Source: Eledone cirrhosa (taxonomy: Eukaryota). Taken from it: 64,000 bases of DNA. Where the stretch lies: assembly GCA_964016885.1 (NCBI GenBank), contig OZ024743.1:301010001-301074000 (forward strand), given 5' to 3'. Positions 53,101 through 64,000 of this stretch are shown here, one piece after another (position 1 is the stretch's first letter; each line of letters starts with the position of its first letter). Under the pieces are notes generated by a model. The model had not been told where the DNA came from and ran no database searches. It worked only from the letters and a program-made list of their open reading frames with translations. Made by a program: the position numbers and the translations under genes.

Positions 53101-53421
53101 CTGAACAGTAATCAGTATACACTGAAGATGAAAAACTCAGAGCTGTATGGGAGCATCCCAAAAGTCAGCTCAAAAGTGACACAGAGGAGACTGAGGTTAG
53201 CTGGACATGCTCACCGTCATCCAGAGTTGACATTGCACTCAGTGCTCCTTTGGAAGCCCCTACATGGACACACTAGAAGGGGAAGACCAAGGTTAACGTA
53301 TGTTGATGCCCTAAGGACAGACACTGGTCTGTTGGAGACGCAGAACATGACAGCGATAATGAGGGACAGAGACCGCTGGAGAGAACTCGTCCATGGATCT
53401 CGGAAATTTTACCCGCCTTAG
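50114..53421 (+). mobile_element. Full-length RTE-like LINE (APE + RT), one frameshift (~50720-50760) and one stop (51538-51540)
   Basis: GTLNVRT, AIQE, VYSPT, GDFNA, IDFIL, SDH; NYRGISL, VDFRKAFDSV, GDTLAPYLF, EFADD, YGSETW, LAGH; (TA)n on both sides. Confidence 0.92.
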
Positions 53422-53433
53422 AATATATATATG

Positions 53434-53471
<38 letters not shown>

Positions 53472-53477
<6 letters not shown>

Positions 53478-53743
53478 TATGTATACGTACATACATATAT
53501 GTATACAGACGTACAGTAGTATGTGTATATATATATACATACATGCACACATATATATGTACGTATGGATTCACCGAACATTTATATATGCAAGAAGGTA
53601 TACGGTGCTGACGATACCTAATAAGCTTGAAACTAGTACATCGTTCCTTTGTCAGTGTTGAACAAAGAGCAACGACGGATTAATTCAGGATGTTTGTTTA
53701 CAAACAAACCGAGCATTATAATAAATGTTCGGTGAATCCATAC

Positions 53744-53784
<41 letters not shown>

Positions 53785-54357
53785 CATGTATGTATATATA
53801 TATACATACTACTGTACGTCTGTATACATATATATCTGTACGTATACATATTTATATTTAGGTAACAGCCGTACTTAGAGTGAGAAATGAAATTTCATTT
53901 CATTTCATCTTTTCCATTTGTCGTTTTCGGTGCGGCCGCCCGATTAACTCACTCGATATGCAAATTAGGCTACTCAGCCGTTAATATGCATTAGGAAAGT
54001 ATATACTTTCAGACGTTCAATCATCTGGCAGGAAGGTATACAGTGCTGACGCTAGCTAATAAGCGTGAAACTATTACATCGTTCCTTTGTCAGTGTTGAA
54101 GAAAAGAGCAACGATGGTTGCTAAACACTGTACGGCTTAATTCGGGATGTTTGTTTACAAACAAACCGACCATTATAATAAATGTTCGGTGAATCCATAC
54201 GTACATTTATATATATGTGTGTGTGCATGTATGTATATACATATACATACTACTGCACGTTTGTATACATATATGTATGTACGTATACATACTTATATTT
54301 AAGTAACAGCCGTCCTAAGAGTGAGAAATGAAATTTCGTTTCATTTTTTCCATTTAT
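53472..54357 (+). mobile_element. Second retrozyme-like array: inverted 5' piece (53472-53582) + ~1.8 forward units, HHRs at 53602-53644 and 54040-54082
   Basis: Homologous to 39301-40320; acggtg CUGACGA...GAAAC ta GUA catcgt; the second HHR is mutated. Confidence 0.8.
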
Positions 54358-54410
54358 ATATATACATATATATGGGGTGTGCGTCTGTGGAAACCCCATA
54401 CTGTATATTA

Positions 54411-54792
54411 CCAACCTTCCAGGGGTCCGGATATAATGTTCATTCATATTTTATTTGTTTAACCCGAATTACTTGTTGGTTTCTATGGCTGTGCGGATAA
54501 TGGTTTAACCAATTTGGCAACAAAACTAAGTGCCCCCCCCCCCTTTGTCAAGCCACACGTGGGTTTTGAAAACAGTCAGTCCTTGGCTTGGTACTGAACT
54601 AAAAGCCTGTTAAAATAGTGACTTCCTTGTTCGATCATCATACCAAAAGCTTAACGTTATTTGACTAAACAGACAGTATATACAGGATATTTCCAACATT
54701 CCAGGGATCAGGGTATAATTTTCAATCATATTTTATTTGTTTGACCCGAATTACTTGGTCGCTTCTATGGCTGTGCGGATAATGGTTTAACC
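54411..54792. repeat. ~100-bp direct repeat pair (54411-54510, 54693-54792)
   Basis: ccaac.ttccaggg...acccgaattactt...ctatggctgtgcggataatggtttaacc twice. Confidence 0.85.
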
Positions 54793-56169
54793 TTCGCCTC
54801 AGTGTGTTTAGCCTTTTAACTTATGTTGTTGATCTAGTTCACTAGCTTCTATGGAGCGCTCGCCACACATCTCGGAAGTTGTTTTTCGCTAATTTCCAAT
54901 AGCCGAAATACGATTCTCGCTAATTTATATTTATATATATATATATAGATACATACACACAAGAATATATATGGAACATCCAGTTTCATTTCACATTAAA
55001 TACATTGCTGTGTATGTTTTAATTATTTAAGCATTATTTTTAAGTGAACATGATTTAAAAAGAAATAATTTGAATTGAACCTGACCCAATGGGTCACGGG
55101 TGGTCTACTTGTATATAAATGTGTAATATATGCTTTCATATATAACCATATTTTGATTAATGCTATCTTATTACTACTTCCATTTGATTATAACAAACCA
55201 ACTTTGCACTATATGCAAATGACCATGTCCGAATAATGATCTATGTAAATGTGCATCTCCAGCAAATATTCATTGCGCAAAATATATATGAATTCAATAT
55301 ATTTTCCTCTAATTTCTGGTTGAATGAGTGTTGTGGAAAGAAGAACGACTTTTCAAACATCTATCTGATATTCTCAACGCCTACTGTTATAGGGAGTATG
55401 TGTAATTGGAAATACGTTGACATTTTATTCATATGCATTTATGTTTTTACTCTGTAAAGTCCTGTTATGTGCGTTTCGCATATTATTCGCCCAAGTTCAG
55501 CCATGGAATTTATGGACACAATTACTGTATGTATCTCTTTATCAGACTGGTGATGAATCTAAATATGAATTATTTATTCAATCACCATATTAAATATGTT
55601 TGACAGTTGTTGTTATAAAATTATGGCTGATCTCACATGAGGGTTGCCTTGCGATTTTTATTTTCCTTCACCCATCTCTGTTTCTTTTACACTTCATTTC
55701 ATATATTATATGTTTTACTGCTTGGACCTCATTTCCAAACCATAAACAAATTAAAATTTCATACGGTATATTGAATCCTATTTCATACTATTTAAAATAT
55801 GACATATGAGGCAGAAACCTGGTCGACGGTAAGAAACTTAAATCAAGATAGCTGAACAACACAAAATAATTAGGATGCATGTTAAAAGAAGTAAAATAAT
55901 AGAAAAAAATGAACACTGGGAAATAGTATGAACAAACATATAAGATATAAAACGTAGTAAGAATGTTCAGGTGAAGTAAGCAAGATATGTTACATGAACA
56001 ATATAAACTATACAAATAAATTATATAAAAAAGAACATGCGAATTAAAGGGTTACACAGTCAAAGGAAAGCAGACGATATGAGTAGATGAGGTAAATAAT
56101 TTTATGATAGATCCATTGATAAAAGTAGCAGTAGACAGGGGAAATGGACCTTGGTTTATGGTGAGATTG

Positions 56170-56216
<47 letters not shown>

Positions 56217-56217
<1 letters not shown>

Positions 56218-56410
56218 CGAAGGAGTTTTGGTAAGGAACCATATGGACCATAACGCACAAGAGTACTCGATATTTAGGGTAGTAGAGTGGGTAATAGGAG
56301 AAAGTATGAGCCCGACGTCAGAGCTCGACACTTTTCGACAGTTATTTCTGGACGCCCAGAAATAGCCGTCGAAACTGCTTGAGCTCTGCCGTCGGTGTCA
56401 TACTTTCTCC
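56217..56410 (-). mobile_element. Hairpin+tail mini-element (family of 5078-5264), opposite orientation
   Basis: Tail on the left, palindrome 56295-56410, (TA)n flanks. Confidence 0.7.
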
Positions 56411-57314
56411 TATATATACATATATCATTTATTTTTTATCATTTATTTTGTTTTGACCTGTTTAGCTTGATTTGCTTTTTGGCTAAGGTGGTTGGTGCTT
56501 TCTTGACCACTTTTTCAGTTTTCTCTGGCTTCATAACATATTGTTTATTTCTGGTTTTTAACTATTGAGCACTTTGCCAGTATCATCTCTGATTTTTGCG
56601 TTTCGTTTCGCCTTTCGTACCCGCCGAAATGCGATACTCGCTGAATCTATATTTGTATCACTGATGAAGGACTAACTTTATTCATATGTAACCCATTAGC
56701 AACCCCGCAGCACGTTTTTCTCATATTTACACATATTTTTTTGCCCGCTGATACACGTCTATTTCGTTGTTACTGCTTCCTCTTTCTCTGTATCTTTACC
56801 CTCTCTAGCAGTCATTCTCTCTGTTAGCCTCTTCCTCACGCTTCACTCACTCATTCTCTGTTACTACCTCTCCTCCTCCTCCTTCTTCCCGTTTGACCTG
56901 TGCGTAATTCTTTTCTTTCGCACCCTTGGTCTGGCAGGTCGCTTTTTTTCTCTCTCTCGTCTACGATTTCACAGAACATATGTTCACCGAAATCACAGAC
57001 TAGATCCCTTCTTCCCCCCGTTAGACCTGTACGGAATTCCTTCCTTGCTTACATTCCAACCAGGTTTGATGGTCTTTATTCTCTCTCGTTCACGATTTCA
57101 CCGAATTTAAATTCATAGACGTTTGGGACTTGACTCCTTCTTCCTCATTTTTCGTTGCTTCACCATTTTTGTTTGTTTACACTCGTGTTCCCTTTTATTT
57201 ACGTGTCCCAACGACTTTTTTTAGCCATTGCTCGCACCAAGCGGAGGTCTATGGTCTTTAAAGCGATGAAATACCAATGATGGTTGGAAGATCACTGATG
57301 AAGGACTAACTTTA

Positions 57315-57404
<90 letters not shown>

Positions 57405-58777
57405 ATGAATATAAAATGAAAGTGCTTTTATGAAGGAATTTATTAGGTATTGACATATGTTTCTGTAACAGACGGAATACCTATGTATCGCTGCTTGTGT
57501 AATCATATAATGTTAGCAAGTATTCGATAGCAAATGTATAATCAGTTGTCACCACTTTAGAAATATTTGATAAATTGGAAAAATCAGAAAAATTGAAGTA
57601 TTTTTATTAGTTGTAAGAAAGGAAGAAGGGAAGAAGAGAGGGGATAGTATATGGCAGATGGCAATTCAATTTATGGTAAACAAGTATATAAAAGTTTTCT
57701 AATGAGAATACAATGAGTATATGGTTTATTTTATCTAAATAAGAATGTTTGGGAGTGCCTATTTTAATCTATACTTGACCATTTGAACAATGCACAGGGC
57801 TGGTCGTTTGGTGTTGTAGTATTAATAGATATAAAGTGTCAATTAAGGAAGAGGGAGATTGTCACAGCTACTGAATAACAACAATGCTGGTAGCCTGCTG
57901 GTATATGCATTAGGGAATTGAATTAAGAAATCTCATTTTATCTATAGCGGTTTATATTAAATGGTAAATAATAGAAGTGTTGATAGAATTAAGTCTAATA
58001 GAGAATGTTAATATGTATTTTGACAATCAAACGGAGATGGAGAATGGCGTTCAATCCTGGTAGTGTTTGTAATAAGAAAATGTAGATTTCAAGCGCTGGT
58101 TACAGTATAATATATATATATATATATGGGGGAATTAGACATAGCACGCATAATATATATATAAGGATCTGTTTTTCTTTTTTTCTTGTTTAATTCATCA
58201 AAGTGGCATTATTGAAAAAATGGGATGAACAATTCTTTAAATAAAAAAAAGTAGTTTTATAATGTATATAAAATATATAAAAAATATAAAATATAACCGG
58301 TTACGATGTATCAGTATAAACTCTTCCATCAAATGTTGAATATTACAATTAAAAAGAATTAAAAATTATTAAAATTAAAAAAATTTAAATTGAGTGTGAA
58401 AAGGTCGGTTCATCTTTGTTGTTGCGAAGACTGGGTGGAAAATTGAACGTTCTATATATAGAGAGAGAGGTAGTCATAGTAATAGTAGTAGAAGTAGAAG
58501 TAGTCTTGATAATTGTCTCTTTTCACAAGAGAAAATTATTCTTAAGAATAGACTCAATTGAGTTAAAGGATTGGTCAACAGTTCTGAATGGGAGTGGTGG
58601 AGCAGGGAAATGTTTGCTAGATAAATTTGCTATAGAGAAGAGAGATAAACTAGAGAAACAAATGGGATCGTTAAAATAATTATATTTTAGGAATATGGTT
58701 TTAGGAAGTATGAGTGTGTGTGTGTCTTATTTTAAGAGTGATGGGATCAAAAGTTAGAGAAATATTTTGTGGGACAC

Positions 58778-58859
<82 letters not shown>

Positions 58860-59058
58860 ATGTGTGTGTAGATAAATCTACCAAAAATATACGGTAGTGT
58901 CCAATCCGTATGAAGAACTCAATGTAATCCAAATATCATGAAAAGAGAAGATGTATTCAAACATTTTTTCGATGAAAATCACAGGAGAACAGAGTCAAGA
59001 TAAATTAATAAAAACAATGAATAAAAACAAAAAAAAACAGTTCCTTATATTAAAAAAT

Positions 59059-59194
59059 TCATCATTTTACGATCGTTTCTAGGATATATATGTGTGTGTT
59101 GGTATGTATATCATATAGATCTATGTAAACATTTTACAGACTTTCAGAGAGAATATATCTACCTACACACATATATGCTGTCTTCAGAAATAAT
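59059..59194 (-). ncRNA. Hammerhead with long P2, inverted pLTR copy
   Basis: Minus: attattt CUGAAGA cagcatat...atatatccta GAAAC gatc GUA aaatgat. Confidence 0.72.
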
Positions 59195-59375
59195 TGTTTC
59201 TACTTTAGGCACAAGGCCAGCAATTACCCAGTGCATTACAGGTACTTTATTTTATCGACCCCATAAGGATGAAAAGCAAAGTCAACCTCGGCGGGATTTG
59301 AACTCAGATTGTAAAAGGACGTAACTATGCTGGCAAGCATAGCGTCCGACCCTCTACCGATACTGCCAATCCACC
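59195..59375 (-). mobile_element. tRNA-derived SINE with 18-bp TSD
   Basis: TSD gctgtcttcagaaataat at 59177-59194 and 59376-59393; empty site at ~63409-63426. Confidence 0.92.
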
Positions 59376-62300
59376 GCTGTCTTCAGAAATAATGATATTT
59401 GTTTATTGAAAAAAAACAACAAATATTTAATATAATAGATCTGTTTGGGAACAGCTTTTGAATTGACCAATAGAAAAGTATTAAGTGGTCAAGTTGATAG
59501 AATAGTAGTAGTAGAAATGTAATTTAGGGGTATAGAAATGCAGACTTCAGTTTTGAATGGAAAGAATACTTTGAATGAAAAGATTACTTTGGGGATGAAA
59601 AGAAATCAAGCCGGTGAAAGGTACACGAAAATTTGATGTTATTAAAGAATAATGCTAATGTTAAAATCGAAGGAGAATAAATTTTAGGGTAAATGTGTTA
59701 GTGAGAACTACCAATCTTATTTAACACACAAGAAATTTATAATCATAACAAGAAATTAAATTAATTTAATAGATAGGTAAACTTATAGGAATAAATTTAT
59801 ATTAATTCATATAGATGTGATAAATAAGAGTTAGATGTTATTAAAGAATGTTGTTAAAAACGAAGGAAAAAATGTTGGGCAGAAATGTATTAGTGAGAAA
59901 TAACAAACTTATATAGACTACAAGGAATTTAGATTCATAACAGGAAATTGAAATAGTTTATATGTATATTTATAGGTATTAATTTTAGCGAAAGAGAGCT
60001 GTAAAAGTGAAATAAAATTATGAAGTTCTCAGTAATAAAATACTAATTATGTGTTAACTAAATTAAAAAAACTAATTATAATAATTTGTAAAATATAAGT
60101 GTAAGGTGTATATTAATTAGGTTTATAATATTTGAAAGTTCTTCTAATTCTATGAGTGTACGATATAATTAATTATTGTCGCTTATTTAATAGGATATCC
60201 TTAGATTACATTATTTCAAAAAGTTCCTGGGAACATAATCTACACTCATATCTCTTATTTTGATAAGGGGTGGCTCTTTTGAGCACACTCCATGTCAGGT
60301 TATAATCGATATTCTTTTTTCTATAATTAATAATTATTTCAGCCAAGGATCATGTATTAGCTAATGCGACATTTTTAAAACTATGTTTGTGGGTATTAAA
60401 TCTTACTTTAAAATGGATAGACTTAGCTCCTATATAGTCATGCGTTTTTTACATTTATATGCATTGTAGGAACTTATATGTAGAATGTTGGTAGTGGAGT
60501 AGGAACATTTGACCTTTGATCTATTTAAAATGTGATGCTATTTATGGTTTGGCGGGAAGTTTTTCTCTATGATAGTAAAAAAAAATTTAGGGACATTATC
60601 TTTAATTTGTAGATTAAATGTAGCATTATACCAAGTAACTCGTCTATTACGGTATCGATGTTGTTGTTTATATTTATACGATGCATCAGGATGCTTACTA
60701 GGAGAGTTAGTATTAGTGAATTTATTATACATATGTTTAGTTATAAGACTTATATGCCCTTCCAAATCTGACATTGGCATCATTAGTAAAAATAACTTAG
60801 ATAGATTCATCCCACAATTAAGAAAACATTTTAATTTACCACTCTGGGAAAACACATCCCAGGTAAAAACTGGTTTACTAATATTAGAAATAAATCATCT
60901 GCTTCATTTCTACAATTTGTTATAGATGCTTATTTTCCCTCTATATCAGCCATACTCCTGAACAAAGCCTTGATATTTGCCAAAAATAGTTCAAAATTAA
61001 CTATGGATGAAATTAATATTATCACGCCCGCTAGACAAACACTACTGGAATTTCAGAAGGAATACTGGACCAGAAATACATATAGTAATCTATTCGATAT
61101 TACTATGGACTCTAGTGATTCTGCCCAAATTACCGATCTTGTGGGCCTCTTTCTTCTATTTAACATAAATGCTTCCTTTCCCCACCTTAAAGGTGGTTTA
61201 TATCGTGATGACTGCCTTCTTCTTTCCACTACCCTTAGCCTATCAGAAATTGAAAAGAATAGCACACTTATTAGAACTTTCCTCAAAGACTATTATAGTC
61301 TCACTATTACATTTGAAAAACACCATAAGTAGTTAATTTCCTTGATATATCTTTAGACTTATCTACGGGTATCTACCCACCTTACCATAAACCTAACCAA
61401 CACTTACATTACATACACTCACAATCCAATCACTCTAGATATATCCTTAAAAACCTAGTATATCTCACTCAGAATTTCTAACCTTTCATCTAACCAGGAT
61501 GTATTCGATAAAAATGCGACCTTTTATAACGAAGCTTTAGCGAGAAGCGGCCACATAAATAAATTAGTCTATATACCTTGTACCAAAAATACTTTCAACA
61601 TACAACCCAATATTACCAACAAAAAAACAAATGAAAAACACACACGTAAATGCCATTCACACTATACCAAAAAATACCAACTTAAAACTTAATTTCTCTA
61701 CCTCTTCTCACATACAATATAATAACTTTCAAAAAACCATTCGTCCTAACATTACTAACAAAATTCCTAATAATCAGACTAAAATACCTAAATCAGTTAA
61801 TCAAAATTAACATATGTATAATAAATTCACTAATACTAACTCTCTTAGTAAACATCCTGATACACCGTATAAATATAAAAAAAAACAACATCGAAACAGT
61901 AATAGACAAGTTACTTGGTAAAATGCTCCATTTAATCTACAAATTAAAGATAATATCCCTAAAAAATGTTTTACTATCCTAGGGAAAAACTTCCCGCCAA
62001 ACCATAAATAGCATCACATCTTAAATAGATCAACGGTCAAATTGTCCTACTCCACTACCAAAAATGTACAGCAAAATATAAGTGCCTACTATGCATATAA
62101 AAGTTTTAAAAAAACATGAATATACCACCAACACATCAAACTAACCATAATACTAAAATTAACCGCAACAAACCACCATCTGCTTCACATATAACAAGAC
62201 GAATAAATTCCACACCAAATTTGACTAACTCCCCTGATATAATATTCACGAATAGTTGTAACTGTAGAAAGAAACCAAATTGCCCATTAAAAGGAAATTG

Positions 62301-63406
62301 TCTTATTAATAACATATTATATAAATGTAAACATAGCACTAAGGACTCAACTTATTCATATATAGGAGCTACTTCTAACCAATTTAAAGTAAGATTTAAT
62401 ACCCACAAACATAGTTTTAAAAATGCCGCATTAGCTAATACAACATCCTTGGCTGAAATAATTAATAATTATAGAAAAAAGAATATCGATTATAACCTGA
62501 CCTGCAGTGTGCTCAAAAGGGCCACCCCTTATCAAAATAAGAGATATGAGTGTAGATTATATTCCCAGGAACTTTTTGAAATAATGAAATCTAAGGATAT
62601 CCTATTAAATAAGCCACAAGAATTAATTATATCGTGCAGTCATAGAATTAGAAGAACTTTCAAATATTATAAACCTAATTAATATACACCTTACACTTAT
62701 ATTTTACAAATTATTATAATTAGTATTTTTAATTTTTAATTTAGTTAACCTATAATTAGTATTTTATTACTGAGAACTTCATAATTATTTCCGTTTTACA
62801 GCTCTCTTTTCCTAAAATTAATACCTATAAATATACATATAAACTATTTTAATTTCCTGTTATGAATCTAAATTCCTTGTAGTCTATATAAGTTTGTTAT
62901 TTCTCACTAATACATTTCCCCCAACATTATTTTTCCTTCGTTTTTAACAACATTCTTTAATAACATGTAACTCTTATTTATTACATCTATATGAATTAAT
63001 ATAAATGTATCCCTATAATTATACCTATCAATTAAATTAATTTAATTTCTTGTTATAGATCTAAATTCCTTGTGTTTTAAATAAGATTGGTAGTTCTCAC
63101 TAACACATTTACCCTACAATTTATTCTCCTTCGATTTTAACATTAGCATTATTCTTTAATAACATCAAATTTTCGTGTACTTTTCACCGGCTTGACCTCT
63201 TTTCATCCCCAAAGTAATCTTTTCATTCAAAGTATTCTTTCCACTCAAAACTGAAATCTGCATTCCTCTACCCCTAAATTAAATTTCTACTACTACTATT
63301 CTATCAACTTGACCACTTATAACTTTTCTATTGGTCAATTCAAAACCTGTTCCCAAACAGATCTATTATATTAAATCTTTGTTGCTTTATTTTCAATAAA
63401 CAAATA

Positions 63407-63533
63407 TCATTATTTCTGAAGACAGCATATATATGTGTAGGTATGTACATTCCCTCTGATAGTTTGTAAATTTTTTACATAGATATACATGCCAACACAC
63501 ACATATATATCCTAGAAACGATCGTAACGATGA
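63407..63533 (+). ncRNA. Hammerhead with ~90-nt P2, forward pLTR copy
   Basis: tcattattt CUGAAGA ...atatatatgtgt/acacatatatat... GAAAC gatc GUA acgatga (P1 partly damaged). Confidence 0.68.
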
Positions 63534-63585
63534 ATTTGTTTATTATAAGGAACTGTTTCTTTGTTTTTATTCATTATTTTTATTA

Positions 63586-63632
<47 letters not shown>

Positions 63633-64000
63633 TATACACACACACGCACATACACATACAAACACACACACTCACACACACAAACACACACATATATATA
63701 TATATATATTTGTTTGTTTTTGTAGAGTGGTGAGTGTGTGTTTTAGTTTGTATGTCACAGGTCTTTTTGTGGTGGGAAATAAAAAAAACAGTAAAGTATG
63801 AGTGATGGCTATCATACAGAGTATTTTCCAAAAAATACTGATTGAATGCCATCACTGATAAGTTGCTCTGTCTTTTTAATTTGGTAATCAAACAAACTTA
63901 AATGGTATCTAAATAAATACATAAGCATATATGCATATATAGTTGAAAATGAAGAAGCAAAATTCAGGAGGAATTTTATACAATCATATTAGGTTCACGC

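Larger units (their letters stand above)
59002..63589 (+). mobile_element. Degenerate Penelope-like element: inverted 3' copy (59002-60742) + 5'-truncated forward copy (60743-63589)
   Basis: IRLICPSKSDIGIISK, FDITMDSSDSAQITDLVG, GLYRDD, CNCRKKPNCPL, YIGATS; the left part is the reverse complement of 61806-63589 with an internal deletion. Confidence 0.92.

Noticed and set aside
56657-57322. Direct repeat atcactgatgaaggactaactttattcatat as hammerheads
   Set aside because: CUGAUGA is present but no downstream P2-GAAA-P3; kept only as part of the unexplained motif finding.

Overview
This is AT-rich eukaryotic genomic DNA dominated by repeats. It is probably from an octopus or other cephalopod, an inference from the SINE and microsatellite landscape. 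I could not support any host protein-coding gene. The window holds: (i) a ~15 kb pile-up of R4/Dong-type RLE non-LTR retrotransposons in (TAA)n, one nearly intact; (ii) several Penelope-like elements (Naiad-type RT + C-terminal GIY-YIG), including a young copy with an intact 819-aa ORF in tandem plus inverted-pLTR configuration; (iii) two RTE-type LINEs, an L1/Tx1-like 3' fragment, tRNA-derived SINEs with TSDs and a non-autonomous Helitron. The most striking layer is non-coding. At least a dozen hammerhead ribozyme (HHR) folds can be traced by eye, several with position-4 core variants (CCGAAGA, CCGAGGA, CAGAAGA). There are also two arrays of ~420-440 bp non-coding tandem repeats with one minimal HHR per unit (retrozyme-like, predicted circRNA), and many hairpin-plus-tail mini-insertions in (TA)n that look like Penelope-type fold-back products. 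All RNA structures were folded manually and are untested.
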